Under the pieces are notes generated by a model. The model saw nothing but the letters and a program-made list of their open reading frames with translations. It did not search any database and was not told the origin of the DNA. The translations under genes were made by a program, and so were the position numbers. Positions 29,664 through 42,520 of a stretch of 64,000 nucleotides of DNA are shown one piece after another. Numbering within the stretch: the stretch's first letter is position 1; each line of letters starts with the position of its first letter. The stretch is from the human T2T-CHM13v2.0 reference genome, Homo sapiens: the NCBI RefSeq assembly GCF_009914755.1, contig NC_060933.1, one strand, 5' to 3'.

Positions 29664-30213
29664 ATTGATGGTTAATATTGAGTGTCAACTTGATTGGATT
29701 GAAGGATGCAAAGTATTGTTCCTGGATGTGTCTGTGAGGGTGTTGCCAAAGGAAATTCACATTTGAGTCATTGGATTAGGAGAGGCAGACCCACCCTTAA
29801 TCTGGGTGGGAACCATCTAATCAACTGCCAGTGCAGCTAAGATAAGAGCAGGCAAAGGAGCGTGGAAGGACTAGCCTGGCTAAGTCTTCTGGTCTCCATT
29901 TTTCTCCCATGCTGGATGCTTCCTGTCTTCAAACATCAGACTCCAAATTCTTCAGCTTTTGGACTCTTGGACTTACACCAGTGGTTTGCCAGGGTCTCTC
30001 AAGCCTTTGGCCACAGACTGAAGGCTGCTCTGTCAGCTTCCCTACTTTTGAGGTTTTGAGACTTGGACTGGTTTCCTTGCTCCTCAGCTTGCAGATGGCC
30101 TATTGTGGTACTTCACCTTGTGATTGTGTGAGTCAATACTCCTAAACAAACTCCCTTTCATATATACATCTATCCTATTAGTCCTGTCTCTCTAGAGAAT
30201 CCTGAATAATACA
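29664..30213 (+). mobile_element. Solo ERVL LTR MLT2A (MLT2A2-sized)
   Basis: tgatggttaatattgagtgtcaacttgattggattgaaggatgcaaag…ctagagaatcctgaataataca, 550 bp. Perfect TSD CAAAG at 29659 and 30214. Confidence 0.92.
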
Positions 30214-30218
30214 CAAAG

Positions 30219-31142
30219 TGTATGAGTATGAGTTTTCTATTGCTATGTAACAAATTACCACCAACTTAGTAGCTTAAAACAACACACTTTTATTATCCCC
30301 AGCCAGGAGCCTGGGTGTGGGTTAGCTGTTCCTCTGCTCAGGGTCTAACAAGCTAAAATGCAGTCAGGACTGTGACCTTATCTGAAGCTCTGGGTCCTCT
30401 TCAGTGTTTGCTGGTTGTTGGCAGAATTCAGTTGCTTGTGGTTGTAGGACTGAGGACCTCAGCTCCTAGAGCCTGCCCCTGATACCCTGTCATATGACTG
30501 TCTCCACATGTGACACTTCACTACTTCAAGGCCAGAAAAAGAGCATCTATGCTACTTTGACTTTCTGATTTCTAGACAACTTTTTTTTCATTTTTTAAAA
30601 AAATTTGGGGATAAATTATAGGTGTATATATTCAGGAGGTACATATTTTGATACAGACATACAATGTGTAATAATCATATCATGGTAATGGGGAATCCAT
30701 GACTCCAAGCATTTATCCTTTCTTTGTGTTACAGACAACCCAATTATACTCTTTTAGTTAGTTTAAAATGTATGATAAATTAGTATTGCTGCAGTAAATT
30801 ATTACTACAGTCAACAATAACTTATTTTACATTTTAAACTAAAAGAGTATAATTGGATTGTTTATAACACAAAGAAAGGGCCATTTTTTTAAGGGCTCAA
30901 CTGATTAAGGCAGGCCCACTCAGACTACTTTCTCTTTTGATTAACTTATTCTCAATTCCTTAAGGACATTACTAGCATCTGAAAAATCCCTTTACCTTTG
31001 CCGTATAAGGTAACCTAATTACGAAAACATCTCCTCATAGTCAAAAGTCTCACCCACATATAGGGACGGAAGGAATTATACAAGGTGTGCAAACCACAGA
31101 ATGGAAACCTTGAGGACCATTTCAGAATTCTTACTACCACAC
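30219..31142 (-). mobile_element. MLT1E/F-type LTR interrupted by an L1 fragment
   Basis: attgctatgtaacaaattaccaccaacttagtagcttaaaacaacac…gaccatttcagaattcttactaccaca. Confidence 0.75.
30590..30880 (-). mobile_element. L1MA2/3-like 3' end with an inverted duplication of its 5' portion
   Basis: Antisense L1MA 3'UTR (ggtgtatatatt…ttttgatacagacatacaatgtgtaataatcatatc…aagcatttatcctttctttgtgttac), followed by a sense copy of the last ~80 bp. Confidence 0.85.
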
Positions 31143-33689
31143 AGTGAGTCTTGGTAAAACAAGGAATATGCAAGACATTTTTTTTTTGCTTCCGTTAATG
31201 GCACTCATCTGATTATCTTTGGTTGATGAAATGTCTATATAGGGCCACAATTCTGTACTCAGCAACAATAGTCTGCACTCCTGTACAAAAATTGTAAACA
31301 GTTTTAATCACAATGCTGAGTTTTTGTGACATACTTAACTAGAACTAAATATTCATTTTAGACGAACCAGAATAAACTCATAAAAAAGAATGTTGGCCCA
31401 TATTTTAGAAATATTTACTAAATTGAAACTTTCTAGATATTCTACAGTCCTCTCAGTTAAGGTTATTCCCTCAGCAGTAGTAATTAGTAATAATGGTGAT
31501 GATTACTCATAATCTACACTCATCTAATAATTTTATGCATTTTCTCAAGTCAGCCTCACAATGACCCTACAAATTCTAACTGATAAACACTATCTGATTC
31601 TCAAGTATGGGTATTATAGTAGGTTCTTTTTATACAAAAATCAGTAAACTGCAGCCTTTGTCCTTACCTAGTTCGAGGTTTTGTTGGGCGAAATATATAA
31701 ATGATATTATTTCATTTAAGAAAAGAAGGCACAGAGAAAGGAATTAATGGGCAAAAACCACACAGTTAATTAATAGAAGGGCCCACTTGTCCCAATGTCA
31801 CTGTCAGCATTCTTTCCACTGCCTTATAGCACTGTATGTGTTAGTGGCATAATCCATATACATCCATTTATGCTTTAGAATAACACTTTAAAGTGAAAAT
31901 ACGTGATGGTAGGAGAGATGGCACTAAATGCAAAAATTCACTGGATTTCTTGATGGATGCTGTTTTCTCTAAGAGCCTGAAACTCAGCAGAATTCACCAA
32001 GGTAGCATCTGACACTGGCCAAGGTGTTGTGTGACCATCCTTGTTGTTTCAAACAATCTGGAGCAATACATGAAAATGAGATAAGGATAACCTTCTCTCT
32101 GATGCCATGGACTGGATGATTTCCCTAAGGTCAGAAGAAGTTTCCCAAGGAGTCGCAGCTGGAAATAGGACCAGGTTAACTAATTGCCTTGCTGATGATG
32201 AGAGGAAAAAAAAAATCTGAAATCAGTGAAAGAAAAGTGGTTTTGAGGCCATGGCAATCAAAGCAGAAATCTAGATTCTTCAGGGGCAGCTCCCAAAGAA
32301 TGACAATAAGCAGATGCCACACAAATGGCTAAGTCATTTTGAAAATTGCTTACCTAGTATTTAGAGGGAAAAACAATATTCTGAAATGAATTGAACAGCT
32401 CTGTGCCACAAACAACTGTGTTGTTCTAGATAAGCTCCTTGGTTTTTCTTTTTCTAGAGCTACTTTAAAAATTCCCATTGTATCCCATTATGTTTTTATA
32501 TCTCTGATTTCTGATTGGCTTGGACTCCCATCACCTGAGAAGTCCCTTATAGTAAGCTGAAGAGATAAGAAAAATTTTTTAAAAGACTGAAATTTTGTGT
32601 TCTGTACACAGTATATGAGAATGTTTCTTCTTTTCCCTTTTCATCAAGTTGTTCAACTTCACCAATGATTAGGCAAAGAGAATAAATTGCCGGCTAATTA
32701 AATTTGCAGATGGTATTCAATAGTGAGGGTATGTGAGGATAAGGGATAAATGCAAAAGGCCTCAAAAGCTTTGCATTCTACGCTTGAGAAACTGAAAGGG
32801 CATGAGTCGTGTGTGCAACTAACATCTGGCAGATAGAAAAAGGGCAGAAGGGAGGCTTCTGGGTCACAGAGTGGATAGCAGAGAGAGGGCAATTGTAGCA
32901 GGAGAAAGAGATGGGCTCAAATAGCTGTGAGATAGCAGTGAACAATTATTTCTGTCTGGGTTAAAGCCTGGATTAGTGTATAGGAGACCTCCCATGTATA
33001 GAATTCTAGAGTGAAATCCCCAAAACTGCATCCTCAAATGAGTTTTTGGTATTTGGCAGACCACCAGCTTCACAGCATATCTCTGGCAACACTGTGGCTT
33101 TTGAGTTAGCCACGGGGGTTTCATTCACTCTCAAAGTAGAACAAGCTTATTGGCTATGTGCCAGAAAGTGCAAAACCAGATGATATGCATGGCATAAATT
33201 TCTCAATTATTAGTTCTGCTCATAGCAAGTAATTTAAAACCTTATTTTGATATTAAAGCAAACATGGACAGGCTGTGGTATAAAATAGGGAATTTGCATG
33301 GATTTTGAGATATAACTCAAGACTTGAAAAAGATTTTTCTTACAGCATGCCATTTTGGCTTACATTTCCAGATGCTCTAAGGGTACATATACATGCTTCC
33401 TTAAGGTTAGGGGTATTTAGGTAGGCAAAGCTGAGAAACACTGTATCACACCTATGGGCATAGCATAATATGAAATAACTATTTATTTTAAATTATGACA
33501 ATTTATGAATTATTAATCGATTACCCCCCCATACCAAACATTTTTCTTAGGGTGAAGGGGGGCACAATGATGTAAGAAACAAGTCCCTACTCTCAGAAAC
33601 TAACATTCAAGGTTGCACTGTATTTATAAAGTTCCTCACATACAGCAATTTAACATAATTACACTTAAAGCATTATTAGTTGATATTTA

Positions 33690-34630
33690 TTTATTTGTTT
33701 ATTTTGCAAACATTTATGGGACATTTTTCATGTTTTGCTAAGTACTGTACCAGGCAACAGTGATCCACAGGTGAATATTTCAAACCTGCTTTCTGCCCTA
33801 AAACAGCTGGAATTCTAATAAGGATGACTGTCAATTAAGAAATTCATTCCAGTAGGATGTAATGTGTTTTATGCAAGGGAAGTGGAATTTGCTAGGGATG
33901 ATTTGGCAAGAGAGTTTCATCTGCATTGGGCTACATAAAAGTTCACTCAGAGGAATTATATTTAAGCTGAACAGATAGGAGTTGGTCAGATAGAAAGAAT
34001 AGAAAACTGTTTCAGCTGGAGGGATAGTATCAGAGAGGCTGAGAAGTGAGCGGAAGCAGGACTTATTCTAGTGCGTAAAAGAAACTGATAATGGTTAGTA
34101 TACACCAGAAGGAGCAGAATGTGAAAACATAAGCCTGTGGTCATAGGTCTGATTACAGAGATCCTCACAGGCCATCCTAATGGATCCGTACATTATCCTC
34201 AGGATGATAAAAAGATCATGAAAGCAAAACATGAACAAAGTTGTAGTTTTAAATGGCCACTCTGGCTTCAGTCTGGGAATGGATTTGAAAGGGACAGAAG
34301 TAGAGTCAGGGAGGCCATTTAGGAGGGCATTGCAAAATCCAGGCAAGAGAAGATGCTTGTCAGGCTGAACTGGGGTTTTGGCAGTGGAGATAGACTCAAG
34401 TGATACTTACAAAGTGAGCTTACAGAATTCGTTGATTGATTGGGAATGGGTGAAAGAGGTGAAAGTTAATTCTTTGGTTTGGAGTAGGTAACAATTTGCA
34501 TGTGATTGCCACGGCAGTTTGTAGAAGAGATGGATGAAGTTGTTTTTGGATATCTTGAAAGTGTAATAACTTAAAATACCCAAGTGGGGGTAATCAGTGA
34601 ATAGTAAAACAGAAACCTAGAAAGCAGGAA
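33690..34630 (-). mobile_element. L2 LINE fragment
   Basis: aaacatttatgggacattt…cactctggcttcagtctgggaatggatttgaaagggacagaagtagagtcagggaggccatttaggagggcattgc. Confidence 0.75.
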
Positions 34631-35694
34631 AAGGCTGAATTTTAATCTTTTCAAATAGGGTTTTGTTGATCTTGGACTGTAACTTTTGTCATTGACCAAG
34701 CAATATCCTAACAGAGTCTGCCTATTGGACTAAATTTTCTTGCAGGAACTGAAACTAAGATTCTTTCCATTATACCAGAATGGGGCAAGCCTATCATTAT
34801 TTTGAGAATAAATCCAACCTTTTCCTGAGATTCCTCTAAAATCACTTGCATAAGCTTGCAGCCCTCTAGTAGAAGAATGGGTACTTCAGCCTAAGTCTCT
34901 ATACTACCAAACTAGTATGCTTTTATTTATTATATTTTCTCACCCCCATTCCCCAGACTATGAATGCCCACTTTATCCTCAGCATCTGTAGGGAGTCTGG
35001 ACATCTTACTCTACCTTCAAGTAATAGAAGTATCTGCATTTATTTTCCTAGGTAATGGCATAAGTCCCCATGTGGGGGCTCCTTCTTCCTGCTAAAGGAA
35101 GCTAAAGGTCTATTTGAACATGAGCCCAATTTTTCCCCTACCAACCATCACTGTCACAACTGACCACTTTGGCAGTGCTGCCAGCTCAAAGCAGATGGGT
35201 TGACTGACAGGAAGCACAGATCTGCCGTTCACGCATATCCAGGCAGGCAAGGGATGGAAAATAGGTGTGCTGCACCTGTCTGGCACCGACAGCTTCTGCC
35301 ACACCAACATTTCAATCAGCACCATGTTAACACAGCCCGTGTGCCACTCAAAATAGCCCTAGGGGTGGGTGGTTTCTAGGGAGCCAAACGAGTCCCTGGG
35401 CCGCTACAGAGAGAGGGGTTACCAGGTCTATCAGAGGCAGCTGCCACACCTCTTTCTCTTGCCAGATAATTAGGACACAGTCCAGTTGGGTGACTTTGTT
35501 CTGCCCGAGGAAGTGACAGCTAATACTGGGCTGGCAGCGGAGTGCACGCCATGGTTCATCATAACTGTCCAAATCAGCAGGATCTGTCCAGTGCAGCCAA
35601 GAAAAGTTGAGCTTTATTTATTCTCTCTTTGGGGAACAGAGGGAATGGCAAGGATAGGTGTGCTTTAGAATGTCAGTCTAACTACTTAATACTT

Positions 35695-36078
35695 AATAAC
35701 ACGCACACACATATGCCTATGTGTATGGATAAACATACTTGCACAAACACCTAGAAAGAAAACCGCATCTTCATATATAGGCTGATAAAGCCACAAACCA
35801 CAGACACATAAACTGGCATATATGTATGCAAAACACTCATGTGAATGTACTTGCTTGTAAACACACAGATACAAACTTGCATTTGGATAGACATATACAG
35901 GAAGCACACATCCATAAACAAATGCATTTGTACATACGTGGGTAAACACAGACACACAGACATTGGGAAACAAAAGCTCACGTACCATGCATGCAGATTC
36001 AAGAACTCATATAAACACAGGCAAATACAGATACAAATACATGTGAAAGGACATTTGACAAATACCCCTCCACACACT
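35695..36078. repeat. Degenerate (CA)/(CATA)-rich low-complexity tract
   Basis: About 380 bp of acac/atac/gcat variants. It generates the spurious ORFs listed on both strands here. Confidence 0.8.
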
Positions 36079-37409
36079 CTTTTCTCAGTAGCAATCTTGA
36101 AGAGGAAGGGAGAAAGGACAAAGAGCATTTATGCATTGGAGTTTCTATCTGTCATCACTCAAATAACTTTCTAGTGGGTAAAACAAAAGAGGGGAAAAAT
36201 CAATTTCTGATAGAAGTTCAAGGAGCTGTGAAATCAATTATACTTTATTTTCAAATATCATTCAGAGAAGTTTATACTCTTTCAGAAAAGTCTGGTCTCG
36301 CCAGGGGGCAAAGATCCAGCTGGAAATGGAAATAAGAAAGAAACTGCAAAGTTCAAGGCAAAGGTCACTGCTGAGGTCAGAAATGACACTTTCATCTTTG
36401 GTGGCAGGAGAAGGGGGTTGGGAAGGTTACAAGTGCCCCTATTCAAATAATGACCATGAGGGCTATCTGATGTGACATTAGTCACCTCATTGATTGCTAA
36501 GTTTGACTTGGTCAATTCACATTAAAAAATAAATGTATGTGAGAGCTGAAAGGATCCTTAGAAAGCTCTTTTTAAAAAATCTAAAGAGACAAAAAGACTG
36601 AAATAGGAGGTGTGGCTTGCTCAGCATCACCCAGGAAGAAGGTACAGAGCCTGGGACTGAGCCCAGACAGCTGGTTTCTTAGCTCTGACCTTCCTGCTTT
36701 TCCCATTAGACTTCTCCCTTCAGAGCACCCTCTGTACCAGGCAGAGCTTTGATTTCTCTATAAACATGCACCTAATTAACTCACACAGTTTGGGGTGTTT
36801 AACTGCAGATACCAGGCTGAGGGCTGGTGGCTGGCCAGAAGTATCACCAGGGCCAAACCCAAGGTGATACGTTCTGAAGAGCATCCCAGTTTTCCATCTG
36901 AGTGACCTCCCTGCTTGTGGCCGGGCCCTTGAAGGCCAGGGCTGGACTCTAGATAACATAGCAGGATGCTGTGTGCAGGGGAAGCACACTCACAGAAATC
37001 TTGATAAGCAAATGAGTGCTTATTATGAAATGAAAGGATCGGGGAGGAGGGCACAGGGAAGGTGACATTGAGAAAGTCAGATGCCACCATTAGAAGCTTC
37101 AGTTATCTCACTGAAAATAAAAAGAGGAATACAAAAAGCTAAATGTGGGTTGCAGGGGGTTTAAATTAATGAATGCATTTGAAAACACATTGTAAATTTA
37201 CTAGACAAACGTAAGGTATATTGCTTTTCTATAGTCCCAGTGAAGGAAGACATTACCCCAGAGGTTTTCTTTATGCTGTTATCTCCCCTGCAAATTCTCT
37301 TGGTGTTCATTGAATCAGACCTGAACCATGCTTTAAAAATTGCCTAAGTGAACTGACCTCATCGCCATGGCTAAGGACCATAGAGCTGGAAGAGTTTTCA
37401 GACGTGATT

Positions 37410-37737
37410 TCCAGCATTTTCCACATTGGGTCTGGGAGAGCATTCTAAGGGATGTTACTCAGTGCCACACAATAGTAGCTTTTGTAGTAAAACCATTTTA
37501 TGAAGTGCTACAAAAAAGACTTTGCTCTTATAGATTCACAAAATAAAGAAGCATCTTCAAAGTTCTGAGAGGTCCTTCAGGGAAGAAACCTGCTTAATTT
37601 TGTTGAACGTGGTGTTTCTAAAACATTTTTGTCTTCTCTCCCCACACTGTTTTGTTTTTGTTTCTGTTTTCAATGTTGCACATTTATTAATATCCTAAAG
37701 AGGAACTTTCTGTAGGATACAATTTTGAGATGTGCTC
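37410..37737. mobile_element. hAT-Charlie MITE (Charlie4-like) inside a MIR
   Basis: aaagttctgagaggtccttcagggaagaaacctgcttaattttgttgaac…gtgtttctaaaaca. MIR sequence lies on both flanks. Confidence 0.55.
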
Positions 37738-38471
37738 AATGCCTTCATTTTACAGATGAAGAAGCAAAGTTATAAAAATGGAAGTGAGTTAATGAAGATC
37801 ACACAGCAAATTAATGACAGAGCTATAATTCCTGATGCTCTTTTACTTCTCAAAATCCATATTGAACACAAATTTAGTAACTGATTATACTCTGCCTTAT
37901 TGTGTTAGCTTATTAGCTTGTGTGTATTTTTAAATAAAATGATATGTGTAAAGCCACACAATATAGTTTCTGGAACATCTTGATCACTTAACAAATGTTA
38001 AATCTGAATTCTCTATTTGTGTTGTTTCTTCAAGCAGATCATGAGCTCTTAGGGAGGTCCGTGTTTTGTATGTTCCTAGAAATCCCCATGGTTCATACAG
38101 CACTTCTTGACACCCCTGAGGTACAAAATACCTGCTTTCTCATCTACTGATTGAAAATCAGGGGCAGCCCCAGTGCTATGCCCATTGGAGGAAAAGAGCC
38201 TGACATTAAAGCAATAAAATGAACCATCTCCCCTACAGAGTTAGTCTAACATTAATGAAAGCTTCATGATGCACTATTATCCTCTCCTCTTATTATTCTC
38301 ATGTATTTCATGCTGGATATAAATGTCAGAATGCTTTATCTGTCTGCATTTTCATGAGATTTATTGATACTGAAGGAACACATGCTAAGACTTCTGGCAA
38401 GGGAAACCTAGTCCTCAGTGGCATTTTTTTTTCTCCACTCTGCCCAAGGTTCCTCAGAGACCACAGCGTGA

Positions 38472-38842
<371 letters not shown>

Positions 38843-38884
38843 TCCCATTTTCTAATTCTGAGGCTTTGTGCAACTTCTACTCCC

Positions 38885-39570
38885 TTGTTAAAACACAGAT
38901 TTCTGGGCTTTAGCCCCAGAGATTCTGATCCTGTTGGCTTGTGGAAGAACCCTAGAATTTGCATTTCTAACTAGTTGCTAGGCGATGCTGTATTGCTGTT
39001 CCATGGTCCACACTTTTTGAACCATCCCTCTAAGCGAATTGGGGTACGCACATTTCCATTCCCCTGTTGGTTTGATTGTTATACTTTAACTCTTTCCCCC
39101 ACAAGCAGAAACTAAAATGAAGATATAAGTGCAAGTAGTTTATGGAGACATGATCCTAGGAATCTCTGTGAAGGAGTCATGTGAGATGAGGAATCAAAGA
39201 AAGTCACCAAAGTTGAATTAATAGGCCAGTGTGCCACTGGGGGATTTTACTACTGAAGACCATCTGTAGAACTCAGAATTTATCTGTTAAGAAATGAGGG
39301 GCCTTGAATTTTAGCTCCCACCCCTCACTTATTGACAGTTGCTCCTTAAGACTTCAACTCTGGGCATTTCCAGCCTGATCTATGCACAGGCTCAGCACAC
39401 TCCAAGTGACCCTGAGGCTCATAAACATGGTCCAAGGTTTGGAAGCGTCACTCAAGAGCTTGCTAGAAGTGCAAAATGTCAGGCTCTATCCAGACCTACT
39501 GAATCAACATCTTCATTCAACCAAGTCCTAAGATGACCTATGTGCACATTAAAGTGTGAGGAACCCTGTC
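38885..39570. mobile_element. Two MER5A-like MITE fragments flanking an LTR16-like fragment
   Basis: aaaacacagatttctgggctttagccccagagattctgat…gaatttgcatttctaac at about 38890-39025, and gctagaagtgcaaaatgtcaggctctatccagacctactgaatca at about 39460-39570. Confidence 0.6.
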
Positions 39571-40299
39571 ATACTGTGATGATTGAAACAGCTGATGAAT
39601 GGGAATCATGCTATTCACGCTGAATTTTATTATTATTTTATTATTGAGTCGTTGGTAGCTCCTTGTGGTCCTTGTAGTCCTCTTATTCTTCACTCCATAT
39701 TTAAAAATAAGATTTCATCAGCCTATGGAAATGTACCAGAATCTGTAATTCATTGCTTGCTAATTAGTCTGAAAGGTAATTTTTATGTAGGAGTTAGTGT
39801 TCCTAAATATTAATGAGCAATTAGAATTCTATTCTGAAAACAGACGATATTTTGTGTTGAGGGTGAGCAGAGGGAGGTGAGGAATAAAAGGATACACAAG
39901 TAAACATGGTTATATATTGGGGTTACTATGTGGGCTTGTATTTCTTTAAGCCTGACACCTGGCAATTTGAACAAAAGTAAGCCAACCAGCACTAGGGTGA
40001 CCGTCATAAACAAATGAATCACCTACCAGAAAAAGAAAACAAACTAATAAAACTCTCCAAAGCAGAAATCAAGCAAATGGCAGGCTCTGTTGTCACTGGA
40101 GAAAAGCCTAGAATGATATTTTAGCCTGAGAGATCCCAAAGCAGCATTGATTAGTATGCATTCTTCAGAATTTAGTGGAGTAAAATAGATATTACTTAAC
40201 AGTTTTGTGGCCAAGTGAACTGAGAAAAGGCTGGGAGAAAATCAAGAGGTTAGTGATTTGCGCAATTTTAATTTTTTACAATAGGTCATTATTTTTGAG

Positions 40300-40870
40300 G
40301 CCATCTTCTCTCTCCAAATCTGCCAACATTTCCTAACAGGTCCCCCTGCTTGCACTCTTACCTCCAACTACACTGTCTCTACAGAGCAGCAAGTATAATA
40401 TTTTTAAAATGCTAATGAGTTTAGCACACTCTTCTGCTGAAAGTACATCAATCTTGTATTTATATTTATGTATTATTTTTCTAACATTCCCAACAAAACC
40501 CTCTTTACCTGTTATGTGTTCTTCTCAAAACCATGGCTGACAACTGTTTCACATTCTTTCATGTTGTTGAATATGCCAAGATATTTCCTCTCTGTGTTTT
40601 CTTACATACTTAAATTTTATATTCTCAGGTAGGCCTTTTTTCTCACTCCTCTCATCTCTTAGAAAACCTGACAGATTCCCTTCATAGCAAGTCACAATTT
40701 ATAGCAATATTTCCATTTGGGTAGTTAGAGATTTAATGTGTGTTTCTCTCCCTGTAAAAGAAAATCTAAAAGAGATAAAAAACTCTTGTTTATTTATCAT
40801 CATTCCCCCATGCCTAGCATGTGTCTGATGCATAGGAGACAATTAGTAAATATTTATTAAATGATTATAT
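40300..40870 (+). mobile_element. L2 3' fragment
   Basis: Ends cccatgcctagcatgtgtctgatgcataggagacaattagtaaatatttattaaatga. Confidence 0.65.
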
Positions 40871-41209
40871 AGTCACTAACATGACAATGTATTGGGTTTT
40901 TCAAATGCATTTGAACAGGGAAACTTTTTTTTTTTAAAGCCTGGGAGTAATATTTCATGGAATAAATTTTGAGAAATGCTTTTCTAATGTCAATTCCACT
41001 CTTCCTAAGTGTGAAAAGAGGAATATAAGTTATAACTACTATTTCAAGCTCTGACTAGCTGTGCGACCATGAGCAAAGTTATTTCAAAATTGAGACTCAC
41101 TTGTGGAATGATGAGGCTGGACAAGATAATCTCTAAAATCCTTTACAACTCCCCAATTCTGAAGTTCTAATCATACAAAAAGAGTACCACTTTCACTTTG
41201 AGCTCTTGA

Positions 41210-42520
41210 AGAGTAAGTCAAATCAGTCTGACCTCATTTCACTCTAGGAGAGCTATAGTCTAGGATGGTAAATTAGGGAAAGGAAGTCAATACAGCATAT
41301 TTAGCTTTCCATGAGCCATTTCACGAAGTCTTCCCTGATGTCTTTGTAGAAAAGAGTGAGCAATGGGGGCTTGATGGAGGTATGACAGACTGGTTTTGTA
41401 ACCAGTTGAAAGATGGTCCCCAGGAGTGCTAATTAATGGATCAATGCCAACCTTGAGGACAGGGGCTGGATATAGCCTGTAGGCTCTATTGTTTGTCCTG
41501 CCCTGTTCAACATTTCTATCAATGTCTTGAATGAAGAGTGAGAGCTCATGATCATCAAATATGTAGGTGACATGACGGTAGGAATATTTTGAATGACAGA
41601 AGCAGAATTCAAAGTCATTTGAACAGCCTGGAGAAATGAACTTTGTCTAAAGTGGGAAAATGTAGTAATATAAAAGGAAATCCCTGGAAATAGAAGCTAC
41701 AATCAATTACAAAGAATATATATGATTACAAATATGTTTATGCACGTAGGTGTTTTTGTGTGTGTGTGCTGTGTGTGTGTGCCTAGGTAATAACATTTTG
41801 GAGTTTTAGTTGATAGTAAGAATGAAATATTAGAATAAGGTAAGATGGCCACTTAACATGAATGTTTGCTACAAATTGAAAGTTCATATATAGAAACTTA
41901 GCATGTAAAAGGAGGCAGTTGAAAAATGCTGCCTATTCAGTTGGGACTCGCAGCACCATTTCCAAATTTTAGGAAGAGAAGACAGATTAGAGAATGTGAT
42001 CAGGGAAGAGGGAACAAGATGGTGAAGAAAAGTATTGAAGAAATTTGAGATACAGTCCAAAGAAGAGACAGTATAATTATGGAGACCATGATGATGTCAC
42101 CTTCCCCAAATTAGGATTACATGCCTCTGTGATGTAACTCCTCAGTGCCTGAGACTTCCCTCACCATTCACCAATCACTATGAGTTGTCATTTTTTCTGT
42201 ACCCCCTACATGTTGTATGAGAGCAGAGTTTGAAGCTGTTTTATCGCCATCACCCTTCCAGTGATTAGGTCAGAACCTGGGACATAAAATCAATGAGTTG
42301 ATAATGAATAAGTACATTTTATTTTCCTTAAATATCTTTAGCGTTGTAAGAAAAGACAATTTGTGTTTGTTTTGTGTAACCCAGTGGATTAGAAAAAGTA
42401 TCAACTGGAAGTGAAAGTTTTTTCCAAGTAATAATCACAGATTTTCAAACACGTCTTGAACTATTGAATCAGGTAATTTCCCATCACTAGAGGCGATCAA
42501 GCTAAATTTGGAAATAGGAG
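41210..42520 (+). mobile_element. CR1/L3 LINE relic including a decayed reverse-transcriptase region
   Basis: ccctgttcaacatttctatcaatgtcttgaatgaa…atcaaatatgtaggtgacatg…agaattcaaagtcatttgaacagcctggagaaatga corresponds to CR1 RT (LFNIFINDL…IKFADD…RIQ.DL..LE.W). Confidence 0.75.

Noticed and set aside
35316-35340. REST/NRSE-like tcagcaccatg
   Set aside because: Only the left half-site is present. The GGACAG right half is missing at the canonical spacing.
35686-36174. 100-125 aa ORFs on both strands
   Set aside because: They are products of CA/TG low-complexity sequence.
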